Source of the DNA: Synechococcus sp.
Lineage (GTDB): Bacteria; Cyanobacteriota; Cyanobacteriia; PCC-6307; Cyanobiaceae
Assembly (NCBI GenBank): GCA_047285305.1
Contig: JBJBDL010000003.1
Location: 480,001-544,000, forward strand
Direction: 5' to 3'
Length of the DNA: 64,000 nucleotides
Positions 37,940 to 48,265 of the stretch are shown here, in pieces. The stretch's first letter is position 1. Each line of letters begins with the position of its first letter. The position numbers and the translations under genes were made by a program. The notes beneath the pieces were generated by a model. It was not told where the DNA came from. It did no database searches and was given only the letters and a program-made list of their open reading frames with translations.

Positions 37940-38607
37940 CGTCCCTTGCGTTGCTGCAACTGGTCAGCCCTGCCCTGCCCGTGGGTGCCTTCAGCTATTC
38001 AGAGGGGCTGGAGGTGGTGATTCAGGCGGGCTCCATCGCCGATGAGCAGGCCATCCAGGCTTGGTTGGAGGCTGAACTGCAACGGGGCGCGGTGCGGCTG
38101 GAAGCCGCGGCATTAAGGCCTCTGGCGGAGGCTTTGGTGGGGTGGTCCACCCAGGCCGATGCGGCGGCCAAGGGGCGCCTGATCGATCTTGATGGTTGGC
38201 TGATGGCCACCCGCGAGGCAGCGGAGTTGCGAGCGCAGCAGCGTCAGATGGGGATGTCGCTGCTGCAGTTGATGTCGGATATGGGGCACGACCTGCCTGA
38301 ACCTGTGGCCCTGAGCTGGCCAGCGGCCTGGGCCTGGGCCGCTGTGCGATTGTCGGTTTCAGAGGGAGACATGGTGGAGGGGTACCTCTACGGCTGGGTT
38401 GCCAATCAGCTCAGTGCCTCGGTGCGGCTGCTGCCGTTGGGTCCCTCCCGAGCGCAGGTGCTGCAACAGCGGCTGCTGCCGCTGATTGCCTCCCAAGCGC
38501 AGCAGCTCCAGGCGGCCGATCCCCAGCAGCTCTGGAGTAGCGGTGTGGGTGCGGGCATGGCGCAGCTTGCCCATGCTGAGCTGTATTCACGCCTGTTTCG
38601 AAGCTGA
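37936..38607 (+). CDS. ureF: Urease accessory protein F
   Basis: [17 protein letters not shown]-terminal YSRLFRS. Confidence 0.95.
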   Translation: MTSLALLQLVSPALPVGAFSYSEGLEVVIQAGSIADEQAIQAWLEAELQRGAVRLEAAALRPLAEALVGWSTQADAAAKGRLIDLDGWLMATREAAELRAQQRQMGMSLLQLMSDMGHDLPEPVALSWPAAWAWAAVRLSVSEGDMVEGYLYGWVANQLSASVRLLPLGPSRAQVLQQRLLPLIASQAQQLQAADPQQLWSSGVGAGMAQLAHAELYSRLFRS

Positions 38608-39212
38608 TGAGCAGCAAACTGCGCCTGGGGGTGGCGGGCCCTGTGGGATCCGGCAAGACCGCACTGGTGGAGGCCCTCTGTCGCCGCTTGCGCGACGAGC
38701 TCCAGCTCGCGGTGGTCACCAACGACATCTACACCCAGGAGGATGCCCAGTTCCTCACCCGTGCGGGTGCCCTGGATCCAGAGCGGATCCGTGGCGTGGA
38801 GACCGGTGGTTGCCCTCACACGGCGATTCGCGAAGACTGCTCGATCAACAGAGCTGCCGTGGCGGAGCTGGAGACGCAGTTTCCGAATCTCGATCTTGTT
38901 CTGGTTGAGAGCGGCGGCGACAACCTGGCGGCGAGCTTCAGTCCGGAACTGGTGGATCTCTGCATCTACGTGATTGATGTGGCGGCCGGCGACAAGATCC
39001 CCCGTAAAGGAGGCCCTGGCATCACCCGCTCTGACCTGCTGGTGATCAACAAGATTGATCTGGCTCCCCAAGTTGGTGCCGACCTTTCAGTGATGGAACA
39101 GGACACCCGGCGGATGCGGGGAGACCGGCCTTGGTGTTTCGCCAATCTCCACAGCGGCGAAGGCCTGGAGCAGGTCGTGGAGTTCCTGTTGCAACAGCTA
39201 CCAAAATCATGA
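38607..39212 (+). CDS. ureG: Urease accessory GTPase G
   Basis: [23 protein letters not shown]. Confidence 0.97.
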   Translation: MSSKLRLGVAGPVGSGKTALVEALCRRLRDELQLAVVTNDIYTQEDAQFLTRAGALDPERIRGVETGGCPHTAIREDCSINRAAVAELETQFPNLDLVLVESGGDNLAASFSPELVDLCIYVIDVAAGDKIPRKGGPGITRSDLLVINKIDLAPQVGADLSVMEQDTRRMRGDRPWCFANLHSGEGLEQVVEFLLQQLPKS

Positions 39213-39238
39213 AAACACAAGCTTTTGAGGGCAAAAGT

Positions 39239-39252
39239 GTTCCCGTTGTTAC
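39239..39252 (+). promoter_or_regulatory. NtcA-like site of the urtA promoter
   Basis: GTTcccgttgtTAC. Confidence 0.6.
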
Positions 39253-39331
39253 GTTTCAAATCCCCACCTATAGCGATGGTCGAATTTCAGGACGTTTCGC
39301 GCGTCCAAGCTTTTAAGTGCCCTCTCATTCC

Positions 39332-40624
39332 ATGAGCACCCCTCTCTCCAAGCGCCTTTTCGCCGGCATGGCCGCGGCTTCGCTGGGTCTTGCCGTGACC
39401 GCATGCGGTGGCGGTGACAAGGCTGCCAACGTTGACTACGACGACAGCGTCACCGTCGGCATCCTGCACTCGCTGACCGGCACCATGGCCATCTCCGAGT
39501 CCACCCTGGTGGACACCGAGAAAATGGCGATCGATGAGATCAACGCCGCCGGTGGCGTTGAAGTTGATGGCAAGAAGTACAAGATCGAGTACATCGTCGA
39601 GGACGGTGCCTCCGATTGGCCCACCTTCGCTGAGAAGTCCAAGAAGCTGATCGACCAGGACCAGGTGCCCGTGGTTTTCGGTGGCTGGACCTCCGCCAGC
39701 CGCAAGGCGATGCTGCCTGTGTACGAGTCGAAGAACGCTTTCCTCTACTACCCGATTCAATACGAGGGTCAGGAGTGTTCCAACAACATCTTCTACACCG
39801 GTGCCACTCCGAACCAGCAGTCGGAGCCTGCCACCAAGTTCATGTATGAGAAGTCGCCTGCCGCTGGCAAGCCCTTCTTCCTCGTGGGTTCGGACTACGT
39901 CTTCCCCCGCACCTCCAACACCATCACCAAGGAACAGCTCAAGTCCCTGGGTGGCGAAGTGGTCGGTGAGGACTACCTGCCCCTGGGCAACACCGAGGTT
40001 GCTCCGATCATCGCCAAGATCAAGAAGGCCCTGCCTGACGGCGGTGTGATCATCAACACCCTGAATGGTGACCAGAACGTCGCCTTCTTCAAGCAGATCC
40101 AGGACGCCGGCATCACCCCCGATAACGGCTACTACGTGATGAGCTACTCCATCGCGGAAGAGGAGATCAGCACCATCGGTTCTGAGTTCCTTGAGGGCCA
40201 CTACGGCGCTTGGAACTACATGATGTCGATCGACACCCCGGCCTCCAAGAAGTTCGCTGCTGACTTCAAGGCCAAGTACGGCGCCGACCGCCAGGTCGCT
40301 GACCCTCAGGAGTCGGCCTACAACATGGTCTACCTGTGGAAGAAGGCTGTCGAGAAGGCCAACAGCTTCGACGACGACAAGGTGCGTGAGGCCCTGGTCG
40401 GCATCGAGTTTGACGCTCCTCAGGGACCTGTGAAGGTGATGCCCAACCACCACCTCTCCCAGACCGTGCGCATCGGCCAGATCACCGCTGACGGCCAGTT
40501 CGAGATCCTCGAATCCACCGATGGCCCCGTGGCTCCTCAGGCCTGGAACCAGTTCGAGCCCAGCTCCAAGGGCTTCGCTTGCGACTGGACCGACGCCGCC
40601 AAGGGCGAGAAGTACAAGCTCTGA
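39332..40624 (+). CDS. urtA: Urea ABC transporter substrate-binding lipoprotein
   Basis: Lipobox VTAC; GILHSLTGTMAISE, FGGWTSASRK, YEGQE. Confidence 0.96.
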   Translation: MSTPLSKRLFAGMAAASLGLAVTACGGGDKAANVDYDDSVTVGILHSLTGTMAISESTLVDTEKMAIDEINAAGGVEVDGKKYKIEYIVEDGASDWPTFAEKSKKLIDQDQVPVVFGGWTSASRKAMLPVYESKNAFLYYPIQYEGQECSNNIFYTGATPNQQSEPATKFMYEKSPAAGKPFFLVGSDYVFPRTSNTITKEQLKSLGGEVVGEDYLPLGNTEVAPIIAKIKKALPDGGVIINTLNGDQNVAFFKQIQDAGITPDNGYYVMSYSIAEEEISTIGSEFLEGHYGAWNYMMSIDTPASKKFAADFKAKYGADRQVADPQESAYNMVYLWKKAVEKANSFDDDKVREALVGIEFDAPQGPVKVMPNHHLSQTVRIGQITADGQFEILESTDGPVAPQAWNQFEPSSKGFACDWTDAAKGEKYKL

Positions 40625-40654
40625 TCTTCTGATCACAGCCTGATTGCTCTTCAG

Positions 40655-40683
40655 GGAGGAGCCCGGTGACGGGCTCCTCCTTT
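40655..40683 (+). terminator. Stem-loop after urtA (terminator/mRNA stabiliser)
   Basis: GGAGGAGCCCG-gtga-CGGGCTCCTCC-TTT. Confidence 0.7.
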
Positions 40684-40717
40684 CGTCGTTTCATTGAACG
40701 CTTCGTTTCACACGTCT

Positions 40718-41872
40718 GTGCAACTGCTTCTCGAAAGCCTGTTCAACGGTGTCGCCATCGGCTCGGTGCTGCTGATGGCCGCCCTCGGACTGGCCATTGT
40801 CTTCGGCCTCATGGGCGTGATCAACCTCGCCCATGGTGAGCTGATCATGCTTGGGGCCTACACCACTTACGTGGTGCAGCTGATCTTCAAGCTGCCTGCG
40901 CTGCAGCCGGTTTACAACGCCTACGTGCTTGTGGCGCTTCCCCTGGCTTTCATCGTCAGCGGTGTGGTCGGCATCCTGCTGGAACGTACCGTGATTCGCC
41001 GGCTCTACGGCAACCCGCTGGAGACCCTGCTCGCGACCTGGGGCGTCAGCTTGATTCTTCAGCAGTTCGTGCGGAGTGTTGCCCTGGCCCACGCCGCCGG
41101 CCTGATCCTTGCGCTGGTGCTGGGCTTTGGCCTGCCGCTGCTGCTTCCCTCCTCGCTTCTTTCGGGGCCTCGGGCTCGTTTGGTGCGTGCGGGGAGTTGG
41201 GCTGTTTCAGCCCTGGGCGGTGTGCTGCTGGCCGGTGGCCTGGCCTCACAAATCAGCCGCATCGCCAGGGCCACCTCCCGCAATGTGGATGTGACGGCAC
41301 CCAAATGGATGCGCGGCGGGATCGAATTCATGGATATCACCTTTCCTGTTCCGCGCCTGGTGATCATCGTGATCACCATCGTTGCGGTGGTTGGGGTGAC
41401 GTGGTTCCTCAACAAAAGCGTGTGGGGAATGCGCATTCGTGCCGTCACCCAGAACCGTTCGATGAGTGATTGCCTTGGCATCCCCACCGACACCGTTGAC
41501 GTGCTCACCTTTGGCATCGGCTCCGGTTTGGCCGGTGTGGCGGGGGTTGCTGTTTCCCTGCTGGGTTCGGTGGGCCCCAACGTGGGCGGCTCCTACATCG
41601 TGGGCTGCTTCATGGTGGTGGTGCTCGGTGGCGTCGGAAACCTCTTGGGCACCGTGCTCGCGTCCTTTGCCATTGGCCTGCTCACCGACTTGATCGGTGC
41701 TGGACGTCTGCTGACGATCTGGCCTGACATGCCAGCTCCCCTGGCCGGCGCGGTGAATTTCTTCGCCACCACGAGCATGGCCCAGGTGATGGTGTTCGCT
41801 CTGATCGTGGTGTTCCTTCAATTCCGTCCCGCGGGTCTGTTCCCGCAAAAAGGACGCATGGTGGAGGCCTGA
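40718..41872 (+). CDS. urtB: Urea ABC transporter permease
   Basis: FGLMGVINLAHGE, LLATWG, RPAGLF. Confidence 0.94.
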   Translation: MQLLLESLFNGVAIGSVLLMAALGLAIVFGLMGVINLAHGELIMLGAYTTYVVQLIFKLPALQPVYNAYVLVALPLAFIVSGVVGILLERTVIRRLYGNPLETLLATWGVSLILQQFVRSVALAHAAGLILALVLGFGLPLLLPSSLLSGPRARLVRAGSWAVSALGGVLLAGGLASQISRIARATSRNVDVTAPKWMRGGIEFMDITFPVPRLVIIVITIVAVVGVTWFLNKSVWGMRIRAVTQNRSMSDCLGIPTDTVDVLTFGIGSGLAGVAGVAVSLLGSVGPNVGGSYIVGCFMVVVLGGVGNLLGTVLASFAIGLLTDLIGAGRLLTIWPDMPAPLAGAVNFFATTSMAQVMVFALIVVFLQFRPAGLFPQKGRMVEA

Positions 41873-41876
41873 TCTG

Positions 41877-43004
41877 ATGTTCCAAGCCTTTCAACAACGC
41901 CGTTGGCCTTTGATCATCCTTTGGGTGGTGATCGTTGCGGCCATCGTTGCCGCGCCCGCTGTTTTGCCGGTGTTTCGGCTGAATCTGTTGGGTCGCTTCC
42001 TTTCATTGGCGATCGTTGCCCTGGGTATCGATTTGATCTGGGGCTTCACCGGGTTGCTCAGCCTTGGCCAGGGCATCTTTTTTGCCCTCGGCGGTTACGC
42101 CGTGGCGATGTACCTGCAGCTCAACAGCTCGGGTGATCTGCCCAATGGCATTCCCGAGTTCTTCAGCCTGTATGGCGTGGATCGGTTGCCCGCCTTCTGG
42201 GAGCCGTTCCATTCCCCGCTGTTCACCTTGGTGGCGATCTGGCTGGTTCCAGCCGTGCTGGCTGCCGTGCTCGGCAACCTGGTGTTCCGTAACCGGATCA
42301 AGGGGGTCTATTTCTCGATCCTCACCCAGGCGGCCCTGCTTGTTTTCTTCAATTTCTTCAACGGCCAGCAGAAGCTGATCAACGGCACCAACGGTCTTAA
42401 AACCGATGTGACCCAGCTGTTCGGCCAGATGGTGGGTTCCCCGGAGATGCAGCGGGGATTCTTCTGGTTGACCTCTGTGGTGGTGATCCTGGCCTGGCTG
42501 TTTCTGCGCTGGGTGGTGCGGGGCCGGTTTGGAGACGTGTTGATCGCCATTCGCGATGACGAACCCCGGCTGCGCTTTGCCGGTTACAACCCAACCCTGT
42601 TCAAGACGATCGTCTTCGCCATCGCTGGTGGTTTGGCAGGCATCGGTGGTGCGCTTTACACCGTTCAGTCCGGCATCGTTTCGCCGCAGTACATGACCGT
42701 TCCCTTCTCGATTGAGATGGTGATCTGGGTTGCTGTGGGCGGTCGAGGCACGCTCGTGGGAGCGATCCTTGGCGCTGTGGCCATCAACTACGCCAAGAGT
42801 TTGGTGAGCGAAGCTCTCCCCCAAAGTTGGCTGTTCATCCAAGGGGGCCTGTTCATTCTCGTGGTGACGGCCTTGCCGGAGGGCGTCATTGGCTGGTTCC
42901 GAGGCGATGGTCCTCGCAACTGGCTCAACCGATTTGGCATTGCCCGTCGGAGTGAGACCTATCCACGTCTCGATCTTGAAGGTCAGGAAGAGGTTCAGTC
43001 ATGA
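41877..43004 (+). CDS. urtC: Urea ABC transporter permease
   Basis: LSLGQG.FF..GGY, GVYFSILTQA, VAVGGRGTL. Confidence 0.94.
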   Translation: MFQAFQQRRWPLIILWVVIVAAIVAAPAVLPVFRLNLLGRFLSLAIVALGIDLIWGFTGLLSLGQGIFFALGGYAVAMYLQLNSSGDLPNGIPEFFSLYGVDRLPAFWEPFHSPLFTLVAIWLVPAVLAAVLGNLVFRNRIKGVYFSILTQAALLVFFNFFNGQQKLINGTNGLKTDVTQLFGQMVGSPEMQRGFFWLTSVVVILAWLFLRWVVRGRFGDVLIAIRDDEPRLRFAGYNPTLFKTIVFAIAGGLAGIGGALYTVQSGIVSPQYMTVPFSIEMVIWVAVGGRGTLVGAILGAVAINYAKSLVSEALPQSWLFIQGGLFILVVTALPEGVIGWFRGDGPRNWLNRFGIARRSETYPRLDLEGQEEVQS

Positions 43005-43756
43005 GCACGGCTTTATTGGAGTTGCGCCAAATCACCGTCAGTTTTGATGGCTTTTTGGCGCTGCGCGATCTCAACCTCAGCCTTCAGCCTGGGGAGCTGC
43101 GCGCCGTGATCGGCCCGAATGGCGCCGGCAAGACCACGTTCCTGGATGTGATCACTGGCAAGACCGCTCCCACGGAAGGGGATGTGGTCTTCAAAGGACG
43201 CTCCTTAGTGGGAACGCGCGAGCACCGCATCGCGCGCTTTGGCATCGGCCGCAAGTTTCAGAGCCCTCGTGTTTTCGAGAAGCTCAGCGTTCAGGAGAAC
43301 TTGGCTTTGGCAGTGAGCCAGCCGAAGCAGCCCTGGTCATTGCTGGTGGGGGGCCTGAATGGGGAGCAGCGCGATCGTGTTCATCACCTGATGAGCATCG
43401 TCAATCTGCAGAACCGTGCCGATTGGGCTGCTGGGTCGTTGTCCCACGGCCAGAAGCAGTGGCTTGAGATCGCCATGCTTGTGGGTCAGGATCCCGACCT
43501 GTTGCTGGTGGATGAGCCGGTGGCTGGGCTCACGGATGAGGAGACCGATCTGACGGCGGATCTGCTCAAGTCGTTGGCCGGGGATCACACCGTGCTGGTG
43601 ATTGAGCACGACATGGAATTCATTCGACGGCTTGAAAGTCCGGTGACGGTGCTGCACCAGGGCCATGTCCTCTGTGAGGGCACGATGGATCAGGTGCAGG
43701 CCGATCCCCGGGTGATCGAGGTTTATCTCGGCACCACTGAGGAGGAGAACCAATGA
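43001..43756 (+). CDS. urtD: Urea ABC transporter ATP-binding protein
   Basis: GPNGAGKT, LSHGQKQWLEI. Confidence 0.94.
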   Translation: MSTALLELRQITVSFDGFLALRDLNLSLQPGELRAVIGPNGAGKTTFLDVITGKTAPTEGDVVFKGRSLVGTREHRIARFGIGRKFQSPRVFEKLSVQENLALAVSQPKQPWSLLVGGLNGEQRDRVHHLMSIVNLQNRADWAAGSLSHGQKQWLEIAMLVGQDPDLLLVDEPVAGLTDEETDLTADLLKSLAGDHTVLVIEHDMEFIRRLESPVTVLHQGHVLCEGTMDQVQADPRVIEVYLGTTEEENQ

Positions 43757-44463
43757 CGAACCTGCTGGAGATTCAAGGCCTCAACACCTTTTACAGCGAA
43801 AGTCACATTCTTCGGGATGTTGATCTCAGCGTGAAATCGGGGGAGATGGTTTGTTTGATCGGCCGCAATGGTGTGGGTAAAACCACTCTGTTGAAATCGC
43901 TGATCGGTCTGTTGCGCCCCCGCTCCGGAACCATGGCGTTTGATGGTTCTCACTTGGATCGTCAGGCTCCGCATCAGCGGGCTCGGGCCGGGATTGGTTA
44001 CGTGCCGCAAGGTCGCGAGATCATCCCCCAGCTCACGGTGGAAGAAAACTTGCTTTTGGGGATGGAGGCGTTGCCGGGTGGATTGGCCCGCCATCGCCAC
44101 ATCGATCCATTCGTGTATGAGCTGTTTCCGATCCTTCAGGAGTTTCTACCGCGTAAGGGCGGTGATTTGAGTGGGGGTCAGCAACAACAACTGGCCATCG
44201 CCCGTGCGTTGCTCGGCAAGCCAAAGTTGCTGCTGTTGGATGAGCCCACCGAGGGCATTCAGCCCAACATTGTTCAGGACATTGAAGCGGCTGTTCGGCG
44301 GATCATCGCCGACACCGGGATCGGGGTGTTGCTGGTGGAGCAACATCTCCACTTCGTTCGCCAGGCTGATCGCTATTACGCGATGCAGCGGGGCGGCATT
44401 GTTGCCAGTGGCTCAACCAGTGAACTCAGCCAGACGGTTGTTGATCAGTTCCTGAGCGTGTAG
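43753..44463 (+). CDS. urtE: Urea ABC transporter ATP-binding protein
   Basis: GRNGVGKT, LSGGQQQQLAI, DEPTEGIQP. Confidence 0.94.
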   Translation: MTNLLEIQGLNTFYSESHILRDVDLSVKSGEMVCLIGRNGVGKTTLLKSLIGLLRPRSGTMAFDGSHLDRQAPHQRARAGIGYVPQGREIIPQLTVEENLLLGMEALPGGLARHRHIDPFVYELFPILQEFLPRKGGDLSGGQQQQLAIARALLGKPKLLLLDEPTEGIQPNIVQDIEAAVRRIIADTGIGVLLVEQHLHFVRQADRYYAMQRGGIVASGSTSELSQTVVDQFLSV

Positions 44464-44496
44464 ATCTTCGCTCGTGATGGCTTCTTCTGGGTCACT

Positions 44497-44742
44497 TCAG
44501 CTGGCCCAGATTGATTCTGTTGCAGGCTCTTCATTCATGGCGTAATCGCTCACGTCGGCACGCACGTGCAGCATCTGCCCTGTCATCGACATTTTCCAGA
44601 TTTCCAGGCGCGCATCCTCGGGGGCTTCGAACCAAAAGACCTCTGTGGGCATCACCACCTTCTCTCGGTAGAAGTGGTCAGCACCAATGCATTTCACGAT
44701 CACCATTCGGCTGGTGTCGTTTTTGTAAACACACTCAATCAT
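44497..44742 (-). CDS. DUF1830-like small cyanobacterial protein
   Basis: C.Y.N.T..M.I.+C.....FY.EKVV.P....FEAP..A.LEI pattern. Confidence 0.75.
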   Translation of the reverse strand: MIECVYKNDTSRMVIVKCIGADHFYREKVVMPTEVFWFEAPEDARLEIWKMSMTGQMLHVRADVSDYAMNEEPATESIWAS

Positions 44743-44948
44743 CTTGAGCATCTTGAATGCTGCCAATTTCGTGGTCTTAAGACAAGAGGAGTGTTTGATT
44801 GGTCACCGAATCAGCACGCCTTTAGATTTGATACAGATGAGTTGATACAGAGTTGGTCGATTGTGTATCGACCGTCACGATTTTTCTTTGGGCCTTGAGG
44901 GTGCAGGCGTCGATTAGCGTTTTGACGGTCGCGCATTGTGGCTCTTTC

Positions 44949-44990
44949 GTTTCAGCTGAAACAATTCTTTTTCGCCGCTTTTTGCATAAT
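44949..44990 (+). promoter_or_regulatory. NtcA-geometry promoter of the NblA-like gene
   Basis: Palindrome GTTTCAGCTGAAAC (GTT-N8-AAC), 22-nt spacer, then CATAAT. Confidence 0.55.
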
Positions 44991-45017
44991 TGCTCTGTCG
45001 ATCATGGGGATTGCGGA

Positions 45018-45200
45018 ATGGAAAAAGCGATCGGTTTGAGTGTCTCTCAGCAATTCGATGTTGAGCGGATGAATCGCGCGATCGAATCAACAATTGACCC
45101 ACAGCGGCTGCAGGTGTTGGCCAAGCAATTGCTTCAGGCGTGGCATTCCCAGCGCGCTGCAACAGTTTGGATCACGCGACAGCGGGAGCAGCTGGGCTGA
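45018..45200 (+). CDS. NblA-like 60-aa helix-loop-helix protein
   Basis: MEKAIGLSVSQQFDVERMNRAIEST...LQVLAKQLLQAWHSQRAAT; resembles the NblA LS.EQ.F motif. Confidence 0.6.
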   Translation: MEKAIGLSVSQQFDVERMNRAIESTIDPQRLQVLAKQLLQAWHSQRAATVWITRQREQLG

Positions 45201-45217
45201 GGCTCAATGCGTTGGCT

Positions 45218-46468
45218 TCAAGCAGCGAGCTCAGAGGTGATGCGTTGCGGATTGTGATTCGGGCGTTTCAGGGATGTGCGATCTGCCTGTCCTGCTGCGG
45301 CCAGATCAGCTTGAAGGGCTGAATTGCAACTGCGCAGTCGCGACCAGCTCGGCAGCTGATGGGCAATCGGCGCTTGCATCAGTTTGGCCAGGCCGGGGCG
45401 CAGCAGGCCGGCGAAGTTTTGAACCGCCAGTTCTTCCCCATGGCGGTCGTAAGGCAACCGATTGATGGCTGAATCAAGGCCGAACTGCCGCACGCGATCC
45501 TCGCCAACCCTTCGGTACAGCACTTCAAGGGTCGGCAGTTGATCCATCGACATCACGCAACCTTCGTGTTCCATCAGGCCGCGCAACACCGTGCCGAAAA
45601 TTTCGCCTGCCATGCGCTGCAGTCCTTCGCTGGGTTGCTGACCCAGCTCTTTGTGTTTGTGGTCGAACAACCCCAGATCGACTTGAGCAATTCGGCTGGA
45701 GGCCACATGGCGATACACCTCAGACAGCAGGCCCACCTCCAGCCCCCAGTCCGACGGGATGCGCAGATTCATCGCCAAATCGGCGGTAAAGGCGAATTCA
45801 CCAGCCAGGGGATAGCGAAATGACTGCAGGTAAGACAGGTAGGGCAGAGGCCCGAAAATCTGCTCCAGGCTGGCTAGCAGTGGGCCTACAAAAAGACGGG
45901 TGGCTCGGCCTTGAAGCGCTTGGGTTTCGAGGGAAAGGCGGCTGTAGAACGCCTTCACGTAGGCAATGCCGTGGGATCGATCCAGCAGGGGGCGGAGCAT
46001 GCGCTCTGGATACGCCGATCCAAAGGTTCTGATGTCGGCATCGAACAGGCCAACCACCTCAGCGTTCTGGCACGCCACTCCGAGCCCCTGCCAGACCGCC
46101 CAGCCCTTGCCCGGTGGTCCGGTCACGTCGAGCCCCAGTTCGCCGACGGATTCGAGCAACTCCCGGACGGCGGGGCCGTTGGTCCAGTGCACCCGAACGG
46201 GGAAGGGCATCCCTTCAAAAAATTTTTCTGCCGCTTTGACGTCCTCGGCGCTCGTGGCCGCCAACGCCACCACCAGCTCGTTGAGTCCCTTCAGGCCTGA
46301 GAGTGTGTCACGAATCAAGCCGAGGGCCGGGCGGCTGAATTCCTCCATCAGGCAGGGGATCAGCAGGGTTGTGGGTCGCTGACTCAGCTCCTGGTTGAAG
46401 GCAACCGCATCGAGATTGCCCAAGCTGTAGTCATGGACGGTGCTGATCAGGCCCTGCTGAAAATCCAT
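45218..46468 (-). CDS. gpgS: Glucosyl-3-phosphoglycerate synthase-like glycosyltransferase
   Basis: MDFQQG start, GKG, FDAD, GRATRL, YPLAGEF, WGLEVG; clustered with a phosphatase. Confidence 0.8.
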   Translation of the reverse strand: MDFQQGLISTVHDYSLGNLDAVAFNQELSQRPTTLLIPCLMEEFSRPALGLIRDTLSGLKGLNELVVALAATSAEDVKAAEKFFEGMPFPVRVHWTNGPAVRELLESVGELGLDVTGPPGKGWAVWQGLGVACQNAEVVGLFDADIRTFGSAYPERMLRPLLDRSHGIAYVKAFYSRLSLETQALQGRATRLFVGPLLASLEQIFGPLPYLSYLQSFRYPLAGEFAFTADLAMNLRIPSDWGLEVGLLSEVYRHVASSRIAQVDLGLFDHKHKELGQQPSEGLQRMAGEIFGTVLRGLMEHEGCVMSMDQLPTLEVLYRRVGEDRVRQFGLDSAINRLPYDRHGEELAVQNFAGLLRPGLAKLMQAPIAHQLPSWSRLRSCNSALQADLAAAGQADRTSLKRPNHNPQRITSELAA

Positions 46469-46537
46469 GTGGTGTTCGATGCGACAACAGAGGTCAGAGT
46501 CCGGCCCCATACCTGAAAGGCTTGGAGGAGGAAGGTG

Positions 46538-48265
46538 ATGCAGACCCCGCGCGACAAGACGCTGCGGACCCTGCTTCGCGATCTGTACCCGAACGATTCT
46601 TCCGGGGATGGCAAGGAGTTGTCGTCGCAATTGCTGCAGATCTTGAGCCAATCGTCAGGAGATGGCGATATGGCAGAACACATCGATCGCTGGGACGGTG
46701 GCGATGTGGTCTTGATCACCTACGCCGACACCATTGGTGAGGAGGGTGCTCCTGGGCTTCAAGCGCTCAAATTGTTTGTGAATCGCCATCTGCAGCCCTT
46801 CGCAGCGGTGATTCATGTACTGCCGTTTCTGCAATCCACCAGTGATGGTGGTTTTGCGGTGGCTAGCCACACGAAGCTCGAGCAGCGTTTCGGCGATTGG
46901 AGCGACCTCGCTGCCCTGGCACAGGGCCGACGGCTGATGGCGGATCTCGTTCTCAATCACGTGTCGGCTTCTCACCCTTGGGTGCAGCAGTTCATGCGCG
47001 ATGAGCAGCCCGGCCGTTCCTGTGTGCTGGAGGCAGCCCCTGATCCCTGCTGGGCGGATGTTGTTCGTCCGCGCAGTTCCAATCTGTTCACGCAATTGAG
47101 GGGCCCCGTTGGCGCGCGTCAGGTCTGGACCACCTTTGGCCCCGATCAGGTGGATCTCAACTGGCGTAGTGCGGAGGTGCTGCTGGGCTTTGCCCGGCTG
47201 ATGCAGCGCATGGCCCGCCATGGGGTGCGTTGGATCCGTCTGGATGCCGTGGGTTTTGTATGGAAGGAACCCCACACCTCATGCATTCATCTGCCGCATG
47301 CCCATCAACTGGTTCGGGTGCTGCGTCTGCTGCTCGACCAGGTGGGACCCGATGGCGTTGTGGTCACCGAGACCAACGTTCCGGAGCAGGAAAACCTTTC
47401 TTATCTGAGGAGTGGTGATGAAGCGCATCTCGCTTACAACTTTCCCCTGCCGCCCTTGCTGCTGGAGGCCAGCGTCAGTGGTCGAGCCGATCTACTCAAC
47501 GCCTGGCTGAGTCGTTGGCCTGCCTTGCCGCCGCAAACGGGGTTGCTCAATTTCACCGCCTGTCATGACGGCATCGGTTTACGGCCGTTGGAGGGCCTGA
47601 TGCCCCAGAAGCGCTTGCTGCAGCTGTTGATCGGCTGTGAGCAACGGGGTGGATTGGTCAGTCACAGGATGCTGAGTTCCGGCGACGAAGTTCCCTACGA
47701 AATCAACATCAGCTGGTGGAGTGCCATGGCAGATGGGGGGATTGATCCCACGTATCTCCAACGGGAGCGCTTCCTGCTCACCCAACTGTTGATTTTGGCC
47801 TTGCCAGGCGTCCCCGCCTTCTATCTGCCGGCGTTGTTGGCGGCTCCCAATGATCTGACCCGCTTTCGTCGCACGGGCCATCGCCGGGATCTGAATCGGC
47901 CCCAGTTCACGGCCCAGGCCCTGGAGCGCCGCCTGGCGGATCCCGATTCAGATGTCTCAGCGCTGCTTCCGGTGTTGAGGCGGGCTCTGGCCGAACGGGC
48001 TGTTCACTCGGCCTTGCACCCGGATGCCCTGATGACGGTGCTGAGCGCGGACCGGAGCGATTGCGTCATTCTGCGGCGCTCCGGCGGGGGGGAAACGCTG
48101 GTGGCTGTCCACAACATCACGGCAGCCCGCCTCAGCTTTCGCCTCAGTGGCCTGGGTGGTGATCTGAACCAGCCTTGGGCCGATTGTTTGAGCGGTTACG
48201 TGTTCGAACCACATCAGTCGCATTCGCTAGAGCCTTATGCGGTGCATTGGTTGGTACAGCCATGA
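46538..48265 (+). CDS. GH13_18 sucrose/glucosylglycerate phosphorylase-like enzyme
   Basis: LITYAD, SDGGF, DLVLNH, WTTF..DQ.DL, RLDAVGF, ETN, HDGIG. Confidence 0.88.
   Translation: MQTPRDKTLRTLLRDLYPNDSSGDGKELSSQLLQILSQSSGDGDMAEHIDRWDGGDVVLITYADTIGEEGAPGLQALKLFVNRHLQPFAAVIHVLPFLQSTSDGGFAVASHTKLEQRFGDWSDLAALAQGRRLMADLVLNHVSASHPWVQQFMRDEQPGRSCVLEAAPDPCWADVVRPRSSNLFTQLRGPVGARQVWTTFGPDQVDLNWRSAEVLLGFARLMQRMARHGVRWIRLDAVGFVWKEPHTSCIHLPHAHQLVRVLRLLLDQVGPDGVVVTETNVPEQENLSYLRSGDEAHLAYNFPLPPLLLEASVSGRADLLNAWLSRWPALPPQTGLLNFTACHDGIGLRPLEGLMPQKRLLQLLIGCEQRGGLVSHRMLSSGDEVPYEINISWWSAMADGGIDPTYLQRERFLLTQLLILALPGVPAFYLPALLAAPNDLTRFRRTGHRRDLNRPQFTAQALERRLADPDSDVSALLPVLRRALAERAVHSALHPDALMTVLSADRSDCVILRRSGGGETLVAVHNITAARLSFRLSGLGGDLNQPWADCLSGYVFEPHQSHSLEPYAVHWLVQP

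Noticed and set aside
39287..40636. 449-aa ORF antisense to urtA, and similar long antisense ORFs over ureC (34738-36150), the M20 hydrolase (30596-31819), the carbamoyltransferase (27568-28653) and nrtP (17899-18864)
   Set aside because: Shadow ORFs expected from high-GC codon bias of the real genes on the opposite strand; no recognisable motifs.
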